Source of the DNA: a bacterium
GTDB taxonomy: Bacteria; JADJOY01
NCBI GenBank assembly: GCA_046331705.1
Contig: JAXLQJ010000007.1
Coordinates: forward strand, 124,001 to 188,000
DNA length: 64,000 nucleotides
Reading direction: 5' to 3'
This document shows positions 32,061-43,642 of the stretch, piece by piece (positions within the stretch are counted from its first letter, which is position 1; every line of letters begins with the position of its first letter). The position numbers and the translations under genes were made by a program. The notes under the pieces are model-generated. The model was not told the origin of the DNA, ran no database searches, and worked only from the letters and a program-made list of their open reading frames with translations.

Positions 32061-32581
32061 GCGCTCGATTCGGCGCGCCGGTCGCGGGTTGCGGCGCCGC
32101 CCAGCTCGCGTGTGTCGAGCGCGATCGTGACCGGCCCGTCGTTCACGATCTCGACCTCCATGTCGGCGCCGAAGACCCCCGTCAGCACCTCGATGCCGCG
32201 CGCGCGCAACCCGGCGACCAGCGCCGCGAAGCGCGGACGCGCGACCTCCGGGCGCGCCGCGTCCCCGAACGAGGGGCGATTGCCCTTCCGGCAATCGGCG
32301 TGCAGCGTGAACTGACTGACGGCGAGGATCGAGCCGGCGACGTCGCGAACCGACCGGTTCATCTTGCCGGCGTCGTCCTCGAAGATCCTGAGCTCGGCGA
32401 TCTTGGCGGCGAGGCGCTCGGGATCACCGTCCGCGTCGTCTCGCCCCACGCCGACGAGCACGACCAATCCACGGCCCACCGCGACCCGACCGGGATGAGC
32501 CGCGAGATCGTCGGAGGAAGCGGCGCCCGGCCCGCGCACCACGAGCGCCGCCCGCGACACGCGTTGAATCAACGCTCGCAT
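32042..32581 (-). CDS. dtd: D-aminoacyl-tRNA deacylase
   Basis: MRALIQRV, LRIFED..GKMN, SQFTL, KGNRPSF, NDGPVT. Confidence 0.95.
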   Translation of the reverse strand: MRALIQRVSRAALVVRGPGAASSDDLAAHPGRVAVGRGLVVLVGVGRDDADGDPERLAAKIAELRIFEDDAGKMNRSVRDVAGSILAVSQFTLHADCRKGNRPSFGDAARPEVARPRFAALVAGLRARGIEVLTGVFGADMEVEIVNDGPVTIALDTRELGGAATRDRRAESSAQDPGA

Positions 32582-32649
32582 CGTCGCCGCCCCGAGTGAT
32601 AGACCGATCGCCCGCAGCGGCCCACCCGAAGCTGGCTCCACCCGCCCCC

Positions 32650-33528
32650 ATGCACCATCCGCACGGAACCCCGCATCTCGACGCGCGCACCGAGCTGTGC
32701 GCGCTCATCGGCAATCCGGTGCATCACTCGCTCTCTCCCGCGATCCACAACGCCGCGTTCGCGGCCGCGGGGCTCAATCTCGCGTACCTGGCCTTTCGCG
32801 TCGAGGACGTCGGCAACGCCCTCCGCGGTGCCCGGGCACTCGGGCTGCGGGGTTTGAGCGTCACGATCCCCCACAAGGTGGCGGTGATCGAGCACCTCGA
32901 CGAGCTCGATCCCATCGCCGCCCGGATCGGCTCGGTCAACACGATCGTGAACCGCGCGGGGCGCTTGATCGGGTACACCACCGACGGCGTCGGCGCGCTC
33001 GCCGCCCTGCGCGAGGCGAGCGCGGACCCCCGGGATCGCGACGTGGTGATCCTCGGCGCCGGCGGCTCGGCGCGAGCCATCGCCATGACCCTGGCGCTCG
33101 AATCGCCGCCGCGGCGGCTCGCCATCGCGGCGCGCGATGCACGGAAAGCCGAGCGCTTGGCTGGCGACGTCGCGAGCGCTGCCCGCGGCGTCGCCGCGTC
33201 GGGGCTCGCCCTCGACCATCCCGACGTGGCCGCGCGCGTCCGCGGCGCGCAGATCCTCATCCACACCACCTCCGTGGGAATGGCGCCGCACACGACCGGC
33301 TGCGTCGTGCCGAGCGAATGGCTCGCGCCCACTCACACCGTCTTCGACATCGTCTACACGCCGCGCGAGACGGAGCTGCTTCGGCGCGCGACGCGCGCGG
33401 GCGCGCGCCCGGTGCTCGGCCTCGAGATGTTCGTGCGGCAAGCCGCCGCTCAGTTCGAGCTCTGGACCGGCCTCGGCGCGCCGCTCGACGTGCTGCGGCG
33501 CGCGGCCGAAGCGGGGCTGGCCGCGTGA
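32650..33528 (+). CDS. aroE: shikimate dehydrogenase
   Basis: GNPVHHSLSP.IHN, SVTIPHK, GSVNT, GAGGSARA, GLEMFVRQA. Confidence 0.94.
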   Translation: MHHPHGTPHLDARTELCALIGNPVHHSLSPAIHNAAFAAAGLNLAYLAFRVEDVGNALRGARALGLRGLSVTIPHKVAVIEHLDELDPIAARIGSVNTIVNRAGRLIGYTTDGVGALAALREASADPRDRDVVILGAGGSARAIAMTLALESPPRRLAIAARDARKAERLAGDVASAARGVAASGLALDHPDVAARVRGAQILIHTTSVGMAPHTTGCVVPSEWLAPTHTVFDIVYTPRETELLRRATRAGARPVLGLEMFVRQAAAQFELWTGLGAPLDVLRRAAEAGLAA

Positions 33529-34040
33529 ACGTCGTGCTGATCGGCTACCGGGGCACCGGCAAGTCCACGGTCGCGAAGCTCTTGGCCGAGCGGTTGGGAC
33601 TCGAGGCGGTCTCCACCGACCGGCTGATCGAGGAGCGGATCGGCACGTCGATCGCCGCGTTCGTGGCCGGCCACGGCTGGCCCGAGTTCCGCGCCGTCGA
33701 AGCCAAGGTGGTGCGCGAGGTCGCGGCCCGCGACCACCTCGTGATCGACACCGGCGGCGGCGCGGTGCTCGATCCCGCGAGCGCCAGCGCGCTGCGTCGC
33801 AACGCACGCGTGTTCTGGCTCACCGCGAGCCCGGCGACGATCGTCACGCGAATCGGCGGCGACGCGGCGCGCCCTCCGTTGGCACCCGGACTGACGCTCG
33901 AGGACGAGATCGTCCGCGTCCTCGGCGAGCGCGAACCGATCTATCGCGCGCTGGCCGACCACGTGCTCCAGAGCGAGACCTTGTCGCCCGCCGAGGTCGC
34001 CGATCGGATCGTGGCGCAGCTCGGACAGGCCCATACATGA
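33525..34040 (+). CDS. aroK: shikimate kinase
   Basis: LIGYRGTGKSTV, GWPEFR..E, DTGGG, RPPL; GTGA overlap with aroE. Confidence 0.92.
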   Translation: MNVVLIGYRGTGKSTVAKLLAERLGLEAVSTDRLIEERIGTSIAAFVAGHGWPEFRAVEAKVVREVAARDHLVIDTGGGAVLDPASASALRRNARVFWLTASPATIVTRIGGDAARPPLAPGLTLEDEIVRVLGEREPIYRALADHVLQSETLSPAEVADRIVAQLGQAHT

Positions 34041-34057
34041 CTTGTGAAGTCATGTAT
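34033..34057. promoter_or_regulatory. perfect 11-bp inverted repeat (operator or hairpin)
   Basis: ATACATGACTT-GTG-AAGTCATGTAT. Confidence 0.6.
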
Positions 34058-34161
34058 AAGCCATCGACGGACGCCCGCACGACTTACCACTAACCAGCGG
34101 TAGTCATTGGACTTACGATCCAGGACTCGAGCGGCCCTGCAGCGTGCGTGAACGTTTTGAA

Positions 34162-34175
34162 TCAATCATGATTGA
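34162..34175. promoter_or_regulatory. 14-bp palindrome, probable transcription-factor site
   Basis: TCAATCATGATTGA, 12 bp upstream of the -35 box. Confidence 0.6.
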
Positions 34176-34187
34176 ATCGATCAGCAT

Positions 34188-34216
34188 TTGACCCCACGCG
34201 TCATCGCGGCTACTCT
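34188..34216 (+). promoter_or_regulatory. sigma-70 promoter of the nitrite/sulfite reductase
   Basis: TTGACC-N17-TACTCT. Confidence 0.65.
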
Positions 34217-34261
34217 CCCACCCGCGACGCCGCGCACTGCGACGCGCACCGAGAGCCCGTC

Positions 34262-36535
<2,274 letters not shown>

Positions 36536-36552
36536 GCGAGCCGCGAAGCCCC

Positions 36553-37137
36553 ATGGACCTGCAGAAGATCGGCGTCAAGCTCTACCTCGAGGGCGGCAGC
36601 CACGGGCCGCTCGCCGACTACACACTCGTCTTCCACCGTTGGATCCAGAACAAGAGCCTGGGCGGGACGCTGCTCGACGTGGTGGATTATCGGCACGTCC
36701 ACCAGGGGCCGGGCGTGATGCTGGTGGCGTTCGAGTTCCACCTCGCGATCGACGAGGAAAACGGCGAGCGCGGGCTGACGATCGACTGGAAGCAGCCGCT
36801 CGCGGGCGCGCCCATCGAGCGCGTGAGCCAGGTGCTGGCGACCGCCCTCGGCGCCTGCGCCACGCTCGAGCGGGAGGAGCTGCCGGGCGGACGTGCGCGC
36901 TTCGCCGGCGAGCGCCTGACCATCCGCGTCGGCGATCGTGCGCTCTGCCCGAACGATCCGCCGAGCCGGAATGCCTTTCGCGCCGAGCTCGATCCGCTCC
37001 TCGCCCGGCTCTACCCCGGGCTCGCGCTCACCGTCGACGGCGAACCCGATCCGCGCCGCAGGCTCACCGCGCACGTGCGCGCACCCGAGCCGGTGAGCGT
37101 CGCCGAGCTGGCGCGGCGACTCGGCGCACCCGTCTGA
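36553..37137 (+). CDS. hypothetical protein co-transcribed with the reductase
   Basis: MDLQKIGVK...FHRWIQ...LDVVDYRHVHQGPGVML; protein-like composition; 17 bp after reductase stop. Confidence 0.75.
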   Translation: MDLQKIGVKLYLEGGSHGPLADYTLVFHRWIQNKSLGGTLLDVVDYRHVHQGPGVMLVAFEFHLAIDEENGERGLTIDWKQPLAGAPIERVSQVLATALGACATLEREELPGGRARFAGERLTIRVGDRALCPNDPPSRNAFRAELDPLLARLYPGLALTVDGEPDPRRRLTAHVRAPEPVSVAELARRLGAPV

Positions 37138-37169
37138 ATTCCCTCGCGCCCACGGTGCTCGCGCAGCTT

Positions 37170-37199
37170 TTGCACGCGCCCCACACGGCGGGCTACCTT
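37170..37199 (+). promoter_or_regulatory. sigma-70-like promoter for the Cys-rich peptide gene
   Basis: TTGCAC-N18-TACCTT; GAGGAG RBS before ATG 37283. Confidence 0.45.
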
Positions 37200-37282
37200 C
37201 ACGCGCCACGCGCGCCGGGGACGAGAGCACCGAGCGCGCTCACCCACTCACGCCACCAGTCGCAACCGAGGAGAGCCTCACG

Positions 37283-37561
37283 ATGCGAACCGTCGTCCAA
37301 GGAGCGTTGATCGCCACCGCCGTCGCCAGTCTCTTCGCCAGCGGCACCGCGCTCGCCGCCGGCGAGCCGGCCGCCAGCGCCAAGGTGAAGTGCTTGGGGA
37401 TCAACGCCTGCAAGGGACAGAGCCTGTGCAGCGCCCCCGGGCTCTCGCATTCCTGCGCCGGCCACAACGAGTGCAAGGGCAAGGGCTGGATCTACGCGGC
37501 CAGCGCCGACGAATGCACGGGCAAGGGTGGACGCCTGGTGGGAACCGCCGGCGCGAAGTGA
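37283..37561 (+). CDS. secreted Cys-rich peptide, BufA2/bufferin-precursor-like
   Basis: Sec signal (..ALA-A), then KCLGINACKGQSLC...SCAGHNECKGKGW...EC (two CxGxNxCKG units, 6 Cys). Confidence 0.8.
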   Translation: MRTVVQGALIATAVASLFASGTALAAGEPAASAKVKCLGINACKGQSLCSAPGLSHSCAGHNECKGKGWIYAASADECTGKGGRLVGTAGAK

Positions 37562-37618
37562 GCGCGCACCGTCGTTCGCTCGGCATCCGAGCGAACGACT
37601 CCTCACCCGGAGGGTGAA

Positions 37619-39430
37619 ATGGATCCGGTTCTCGAGAATCTGCCGACCATCGTCGGCCGCGCGCTGCGGGTGCTGCACCGCACGGGTTTCGCCCGCACCT
37701 TCACCCTCGCGGGCGCCGCGGAAGCGGCGCGCTTGCTGGCGGCCGGCGAGAAGCTCGGCCCGTCGACGCTGCACACGCTGCACGCGATCAACTTCCCCGA
37801 TCAGACGGCGCTGGTGCAGGGAAGCGAGCGGGTCAGCTACGGCGAGCTCGAGCGCCGCATCAATCGCGCGGCGCACGCGTTCCTGGCCATGGGTGTGCGG
37901 CCCGGCGATCGCGTCGCGCTCATGATGAAGAACGGGATCCCGTTCATCGAGGCCACCTACGGCCTCTTCCGCATCCGCGCGTCGGCCGTCAACGTGAGCT
38001 ACCACCTCAAGCCGCGTGAGCTTTCGTACATCCTCGATCATTCGGGCAGTCGCGCACTGATCTTCGGCGCGGAGCAGGCGCCGGTGGCGCTCGAGGTTCG
38101 CGGAACGGTGAAGACGCCGGCCGAGAACTTCGTGCCCACGTCGGCCGTCGATGCCACGCTCGCCACCTGGGAGACGCGTCTCGCGGCGCAGCCGACGAGC
38201 CGCCCCGCACGCGTGACGCGGGACGCCAGCTCGATGAACTTCGTCTACACGTCGGGGACGACGGGCGCGCCCAAGGGCGCGGTCCGCGACATGACGAAGA
38301 CTGGAATGACGATCATCAACAGGATTCTCGAAGGCTTGCCGTTCCGCCATGCGGACCGGCACCTGGTCGTCGCGCCGCTCTACCACAGCGGCGCGCAGGC
38401 ATTCCTCCACCTCATGTCCGGGCTGGGCGCCGAGATCCACCTCTTGGAAGCGTTCGACGCCGAGCTCGCGCTCAAGACGCTCTGCGACTCGCGCATCCAC
38501 CACGCGTTCCTCGTCCCGACGATGGCGCAGCGCATTCTCAACCTGCCCACCGAGGTCCTGGAACGCCATCGGCCCCGCGATCTCACGGGGCTGGTCTTCG
38601 GCGCCGCCCCATTTCCGGCCGAGCTGCGCAAGCGGGTCATGGCGTACTTCGGCGACGTCGCCTACGACTTCTACGGCTCGACCGAGACCGGCTGGGTGAC
38701 GCTCGCCAATCCCCAGGACATCCGCCGCCATCCGGACTCGGTGGGCAAGGCGATCGCGGGCAACGACGTCAAGATCCTGGACGAGGCCCGCAACGAGCTG
38801 CCGCGCGAGATGGTGGGCGAGCTCTTCGTGCGCAACGCCATGACCATCGAGCACTACCACGACGATCCCGATGCCACCGCGCGCAGCCAGCACGGCGGAT
38901 TCTTCAGCGTCGGCGACCTCGCGCGCATCGATCCCGAGGGGTACATCTTCCTCGCCGGTCGCAAGGTCGACATGGTGATCTCGGGTGGAGTGAACCTCTA
39001 CCCGGCCGAGATCGAGGACGTGCTGCGGCAACACCCGGCCGTGGAGGATTGCGCGATCATCGGCGTCCCGGACGACGCCTGGGGCGAGGCGCTGGTGGCT
39101 TACGTGGTCCGGCGCGCGGGGCACGCCGTCACGCGCGACGAGCTCATCGACCACTGCGCGCGCGAGCTGGCGCGCTTCAAGAAGCCCAAGGACGTGCGCT
39201 TCATCGATCAGCTCCCCCGCAATCCCACCGGCAAGGTGCTCAAGCGGGAGCTTCGCGAGCGCTACGCCACCGAGCCCGCCGCCGAGGACGTCACCGCGGC
39301 CGCTCCGGCGACTCCCAAGAACCGCGCGCGCGCCGCGCAGCCGAAACCGACGCGCGGCACCTCGCGCCCCACGGCCGCCGCCAAGAGCCCCCGCGGCGCG
39401 CGCCGCGGGAGCGGCCCCCGCGGGCGCTAG
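37619..39430 (+). CDS. long-chain acyl-CoA synthetase / AMP-binding enzyme
   Basis: YTSGTTGAPKG, PLYHS, FYGSTE, GDL, SGGVN.YPAEIE, LPRNPTGK. Confidence 0.92.
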   Translation: MDPVLENLPTIVGRALRVLHRTGFARTFTLAGAAEAARLLAAGEKLGPSTLHTLHAINFPDQTALVQGSERVSYGELERRINRAAHAFLAMGVRPGDRVALMMKNGIPFIEATYGLFRIRASAVNVSYHLKPRELSYILDHSGSRALIFGAEQAPVALEVRGTVKTPAENFVPTSAVDATLATWETRLAAQPTSRPARVTRDASSMNFVYTSGTTGAPKGAVRDMTKTGMTIINRILEGLPFRHADRHLVVAPLYHSGAQAFLHLMSGLGAEIHLLEAFDAELALKTLCDSRIHHAFLVPTMAQRILNLPTEVLERHRPRDLTGLVFGAAPFPAELRKRVMAYFGDVAYDFYGSTETGWVTLANPQDIRRHPDSVGKAIAGNDVKILDEARNELPREMVGELFVRNAMTIEHYHDDPDATARSQHGGFFSVGDLARIDPEGYIFLAGRKVDMVISGGVNLYPAEIEDVLRQHPAVEDCAIIGVPDDAWGEALVAYVVRRAGHAVTRDELIDHCARELARFKKPKDVRFIDQLPRNPTGKVLKRELRERYATEPAAEDVTAAAPATPKNRARAAQPKPTRGTSRPTAAAKSPRGARRGSGPRGR

Positions 39431-39448
39431 CCCCGACGTTCGACTCGA

Positions 39449-40555
39449 TCAGGTATCGACGCCGACGGCGTCAGCCACCGACGCGAAGCCATCCCGAGCG
39501 AGCAACGCGCGCAGCTCGGCCTTGACGTCGCGAGCGAAGCTCGGACCGCCGTACACGAATCCCGTGTACGCCTGCACGAGCGTCGCGCCGGCGCGGATCA
39601 AGCGATACGCGCTCTCGCCGTCGTGGACTCCCCCGACGCCGACGATCACCGCGCCATCGCCCGCTCGACGACGAATGGCCCGCACCACCTCGCGAGCGCG
39701 CGCCGCGAGCGGAAGCCCGGAGAGCCCGCCGGCTTCACGCGCGAGCCACGCCGGCGACACGAGCGCGTCCCGCCGCAGCGTCGTGTTCACGGCGACGAAT
39801 CCCGCAACGCCCTTCGCCAAGGCCAGATCCACCACCTCGACGAGATCCGAGTCCGCGAGGTCGGGCGACAGCTTGAGCAGGACCGGGATCGGCGCGCCGC
39901 CGCGCGCGTCAGCGTGACGCCTGGACTCAGCGGCGATCGCGTCCAAGATCGATTCGAGGGCGCGGCCGACACCCAGATCGCGTAGCCCCGGCGTGTTCGG
40001 GCTCGACACGTTGATCGTGACCGCGTCCACGTGCCCGACGACGCTGCGCATCGATTCCGCATAGTCGCGCGCCGCGTCCTGCGGCGCGGTGTCCTTGTTC
40101 TTGCCGAGGCTCGCGAGCACCGGCAGGCGCACGGCGGGGAGCGCGGCGAGGCGGCGAGCCACCGCCTCGGCACCGGCGCTCGGGAACCCCATTCGATTCA
40201 CCAGCGCGCGATCCGCGCTCAACCGGAAGATCCGGGGCCGCGGGTTGCCGGGCTGCGGTCGCGGCGTGATCGTTCCCACCTCGACGTGACCGAACCCCAA
40301 CGCACCGAGCGCCTGGACCCAGCGCGCGTCCTTGTCGAAGCCACCCGCGACGCCGAGCACCGAGCCGAAGGAGATGCCGAGCGCGCGCACGCCGAGGCGG
40401 CCGTCCCCGCCCGCCACCCACCCCTCGACGACGGTGCGCGCACGACGAGAACGCTCCACCGCGTCGAGCAGCCTGCCCGCCGCCTCGTGGGCGCGCTCCG
40501 GATCGACGCGAAACGCCAGCGGCCGAAGCACGTCGGCCCACGGATCGAACCTCAC
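39449..40555 (-). CDS. pyrD: quinone-dependent dihydroorotate dehydrogenase
   Basis: DPERAH, AGGFDK, QPGNPRPRIFR, NRMGF, NVSSPNTPGLR, KLSPD, GGLSG; GTG start at 40555. Confidence 0.95.
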   Translation of the reverse strand: MRFDPWADVLRPLAFRVDPERAHEAAGRLLDAVERSRRARTVVEGWVAGGDGRLGVRALGISFGSVLGVAGGFDKDARWVQALGALGFGHVEVGTITPRPQPGNPRPRIFRLSADRALVNRMGFPSAGAEAVARRLAALPAVRLPVLASLGKNKDTAPQDAARDYAESMRSVVGHVDAVTINVSSPNTPGLRDLGVGRALESILDAIAAESRRHADARGGAPIPVLLKLSPDLADSDLVEVVDLALAKGVAGFVAVNTTLRRDALVSPAWLAREAGGLSGLPLAARAREVVRAIRRRAGDGAVIVGVGGVHDGESAYRLIRAGATLVQAYTGFVYGGPSFARDVKAELRALLARDGFASVADAVGVDT

Positions 40556-40556
40556 C

Positions 40557-41192
40557 TCAGCTCCGCGCGCCGCCCTTGGCCACGATCCGAGGTGCCTCGG
40601 GCTTGAGCCCCTGCACGAAGAGATCGCGGACGCCTTGCTTGGCGCGCTCGACACTCGCCTCGTCCTGCGGCAGCGTCTTGAAGACGAACCCCGTCAGGAT
40701 CGATTCGATGGCGCCGAAGTACGCGTACGACACCACCTTGGGATCGATCCCCGTCCGCACCTCGCCCCGGGCCTGCCCCACCCGCACCATGCTTTCCATG
40801 CCGGAGAGCGCCTTCTCCAGCAGTCGCAGGTTGCGCCCCTTGATGAACTTGCCGTTGCGCGTGATCTCCATGACCAGCGCCTCGATGAGCTCCGGATTGA
40901 GGCGATAGCTCTCGATCAAGAACGAGGTGACGGCCTCGACGTGCCGTTCGAAGCCGACCTCTTCGCGCTGGATGCTCTCCATCACCCCGACGAGCAGGTC
41001 CCACTTGCGCTGGAAGAGGTAGGTGACGATCTCTTCCTTGCTCTTGAAATAGTGATAGACGAGGCCATACGAGACGCCTGCCTCGCGGGCGATGTCCGCG
41101 ATGCGCGTGCCGTGATAACCCTTGCGCGCGAACATCTTGGTCGCGGCATCCGAGATGGCGGTGCGCTTCTCCTCCGTGATCGCGGCGCTCAC
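40557..41192 (-). CDS. TetR/AcrR-family regulator (FadR/YsiA-like)
   Basis: HTH FARKGYHGTRIADIAREAGVSYGLVYHYFKSKEE; GTG 41192 has GGAGA RBS (alternative ATG 41225). Confidence 0.9.
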   Translation of the reverse strand: MSAAITEEKRTAISDAATKMFARKGYHGTRIADIAREAGVSYGLVYHYFKSKEEIVTYLFQRKWDLLVGVMESIQREEVGFERHVEAVTSFLIESYRLNPELIEALVMEITRNGKFIKGRNLRLLEKALSGMESMVRVGQARGEVRTGIDPKVVSYAYFGAIESILTGFVFKTLPQDEASVERAKQGVRDLFVQGLKPEAPRIVAKGGARS

Positions 41193-41235
41193 GAGCGTTC
41201 CATCTCCCGATGTCCGGGCCTTCATCGGCACGGTT

Positions 41236-41282
41236 GATTGACGAGTCAATCGAGAGTACGTACCGCACCTCGGCGGTGTCAA
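41236..41282 (-). promoter_or_regulatory. TetR promoter with adjacent operator
   Basis: Minus strand TTGACA-N18-TACTCT (41282..41253), then palindrome GATTGAC-GA-GTCAATC (41236-41251). Confidence 0.7.
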
Positions 41283-41372
41283 GGAAGCCGCAATCGCACG
41301 CGGCGGTTGCACGACGCGGGCCGAGAACGTAGTTTCTCGGACCACGCGAACTCAGGACCGGAGGGATCTTCG

Positions 41373-41780
41373 ATGCGTCGAATCGTGCCCGTGCTCGCAG
41401 CGCTTCTCGTGTTCGGCGTCGCTTGCGACAAGCTGCAAAACCCCTTCTCGCGCACGCCCAAGGTCGACGCTCGGTTCCTCGACTATGGCCCCGAGCCGGC
41501 TGGCTATCAGGATGTCGTGCGCAGCAGCATCGAGGCCCAGGTCACGGCGCCCGAGGTTCTCAAGAGCGTCGAGATCGGCGAGGTCAAGAAGGCGTCGTAC
41601 TTCCCGCCGGCGCTCAACACCGGTGCGGGCCAGCCCGTCGAGTACCTCGGGTGGAAGGTCGAGGCCAAGTACACCGTGGCCAGCCCCGCTGGCGGCATCT
41701 CGATCAATCGCCGCGTGTTCTTCTTCAACAACAACGAAGTCGTCGTCATCGAGAAAGCCACCAGCAACACGATCCGCTGA
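41373..41780 (+). CDS. hypothetical lipoprotein
   Basis: MRR + hydrophobic core + GVAC lipobox; DYGPEP..YQ. Confidence 0.75.
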   Translation: MRRIVPVLAALLVFGVACDKLQNPFSRTPKVDARFLDYGPEPAGYQDVVRSSIEAQVTAPEVLKSVEIGEVKKASYFPPALNTGAGQPVEYLGWKVEAKYTVASPAGGISINRRVFFFNNNEVVVIEKATSNTIR

Positions 41781-41899
41781 CCGCGCCTCATCGGCACGGT
41801 GCGGCCCGAGCCCCGTGGCGAGCGGGGTCGGGGTGGATTACCCTCGCGCGACGATGGCCGTGTCGACACCCACGTCGCCACGATCTCCGAGGAACTGCG

Positions 41900-43588
41900 A
41901 TGACCGAGCTTGCCAACCGAACCCAGCTCGAGGCAGCGCGTGCTGGCCTCGTGACGCCGGAGATGACGCGCGTCGCGCTGCGCGAGGCCACGCGCCCCGA
42001 GGTGATCCGCGAAGAGGTCGCGCGCGGACGGCTGGTGATCCCCGCGAACAAGCGCCATCTGGCGGGTAGCGCGGGCAATGCGCCCACCCTGGCCGACGTA
42101 TCCCACGCGGAACCCGGCGGGACGTTTCACGGTCTTCCCTACCCCACCGCCGCGTGCGGTCATCCCGGCGCGGCGCCGTTCGATCGGCTGTGGGTGAACC
42201 AGACGGTGAGCCAGCGCGCCGCCGAGCTGGCCGACGACTCGTTCCTGAACGGGCAGCGCGCGCCGAAGCGGCTCGATCCGATGGGGATCGGGCGCGCGAT
42301 CAGCACCAAGATCAACGCCAACATCGGCGCGAGCCCCGTCACCAGCTCCACCGCCGAGGAGGTCGAGAAGCTCCGCTGGGCGCAGCGCTACGGCGCCGAC
42401 ACCGTGATGGATCTCTCGACCGGCGGAAACCTCCGGGCATGCCGGCAGGCGATCATCGACCATGCGACGGTTCCCATCGGCACCGTGCCCATCTACAGCA
42501 TGATTCAGGGCCGTTCCATCGAAGATCTCGCGTACGACGACATCCTGCGCGAGATCGAGGCGCAGGCGCGGCAGGGCGTCGACTACTTCACGATCCACGC
42601 GGGATTGCTGCGCGAGCATCTGGCGCTGGTCGCGCCCCGGGTGACGGGAATCGTGTCGCGCGGCGGTTCGCTGCTCGCGAAGTGGATGATCCACCACGGC
42701 CGCCAGAACCCGATGTACGAGCTCTTCGACGAGATCTCCGCGATCATGCGGGAATACGACGTCACCTACTCGCTCGGGGACGGCCTGCGACCCGGCTGTC
42801 TCGCCGACGCGAGCGATCCCGCCCAGCTCGCCGAGCTCCGCGTCCTCGGCGAGCTGGTGCAGCGTGCGCGCGAGGCTGGCGTGCAAGTGATGGTCGAGGG
42901 ACCCGGCCACGTGCCCCTCAACGAGGTCGCCGCCAACATCGAGATGGAGCGGCGCGTCTGCGACGACGCGCCGTTTTACGTTCTCGGCCCGCTGGTGACG
43001 GACGCGTTCCCGGGCTACGACCACATCACCAGCGCCATCGGCGCCACCGAGGCGGCCCGCGCAGGCGCCGCCATGCTGTGCTACGTGACGCCGAAAGAGC
43101 ACGTCGGTCTGCCAAAGCCCGAGGACGTGAAGGCGGGCTGTGTCGCGTACAAGATCGCCGCGCACGCAGGCGATCTGGCGCGCGGCCTTCCCGCCGCACG
43201 ACGCTGGGACGACGACCTCAGCCGTGCGCGCGCCGCGCTCAACTGGCCCAAGCAATTCGAGCTCGCGTTCGACGGCGAGACCGCGCGCGCCTTCCACGAC
43301 GAGGACCTGCCGGTCGACACGGATTTTTGCGCGATGTGCGGCCACGACTGGTGCAGCATGCGGATCTCGAAGGAGATCCAGGCCTTCGCGAGCGGCAAGG
43401 ACGACGGCTTCCAGCCGGCGCGGCGGGCGGCGCGCTCACCCGCGACGCCGCGCACCGATCTCGCCCAGCTGGGCCGGCGTGGCGACAAGGCCGCGTGCCA
43501 CTCGGACCACGTCCCGGATGCCGACGCCGCGCGCCTGCTGCAGCGCACGGTGAGCGATCGCACGCTGCGCGCGCCGACCGCGAGCTGA
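41900..43588 (+). CDS. thiC: phosphomethylpyrimidine synthase
   Basis: [59 protein letters not shown]. Confidence 0.97.
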   Translation: MTELANRTQLEAARAGLVTPEMTRVALREATRPEVIREEVARGRLVIPANKRHLAGSAGNAPTLADVSHAEPGGTFHGLPYPTAACGHPGAAPFDRLWVNQTVSQRAAELADDSFLNGQRAPKRLDPMGIGRAISTKINANIGASPVTSSTAEEVEKLRWAQRYGADTVMDLSTGGNLRACRQAIIDHATVPIGTVPIYSMIQGRSIEDLAYDDILREIEAQARQGVDYFTIHAGLLREHLALVAPRVTGIVSRGGSLLAKWMIHHGRQNPMYELFDEISAIMREYDVTYSLGDGLRPGCLADASDPAQLAELRVLGELVQRAREAGVQVMVEGPGHVPLNEVAANIEMERRVCDDAPFYVLGPLVTDAFPGYDHITSAIGATEAARAGAAMLCYVTPKEHVGLPKPEDVKAGCVAYKIAAHAGDLARGLPAARRWDDDLSRARAALNWPKQFELAFDGETARAFHDEDLPVDTDFCAMCGHDWCSMRISKEIQAFASGKDDGFQPARRAARSPATPRTDLAQLGRRGDKAACHSDHVPDADAARLLQRTVSDRTLRAPTAS

Positions 43589-43607
43589 GCGGCGCCGCGG
43601 TCGATCG

Positions 43608-43631
43608 TCGCGCCGCGCGAACGCGGCGCGA
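43608..43631. terminator. hairpin between convergent thiC and aminotransferase
   Basis: TCGCGCCGCG-CGAA-CGCGGCGCGA (UUCG loop on minus strand). Confidence 0.6.
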
Positions 43632-43642
43632 TCCCATCCACG

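Noticed and set aside
41781-41899. TPP riboswitch upstream of thiC
   Set aside because: No CUGAGA or ACCUGAU-type core motifs; only a GC hairpin near 41805-41832
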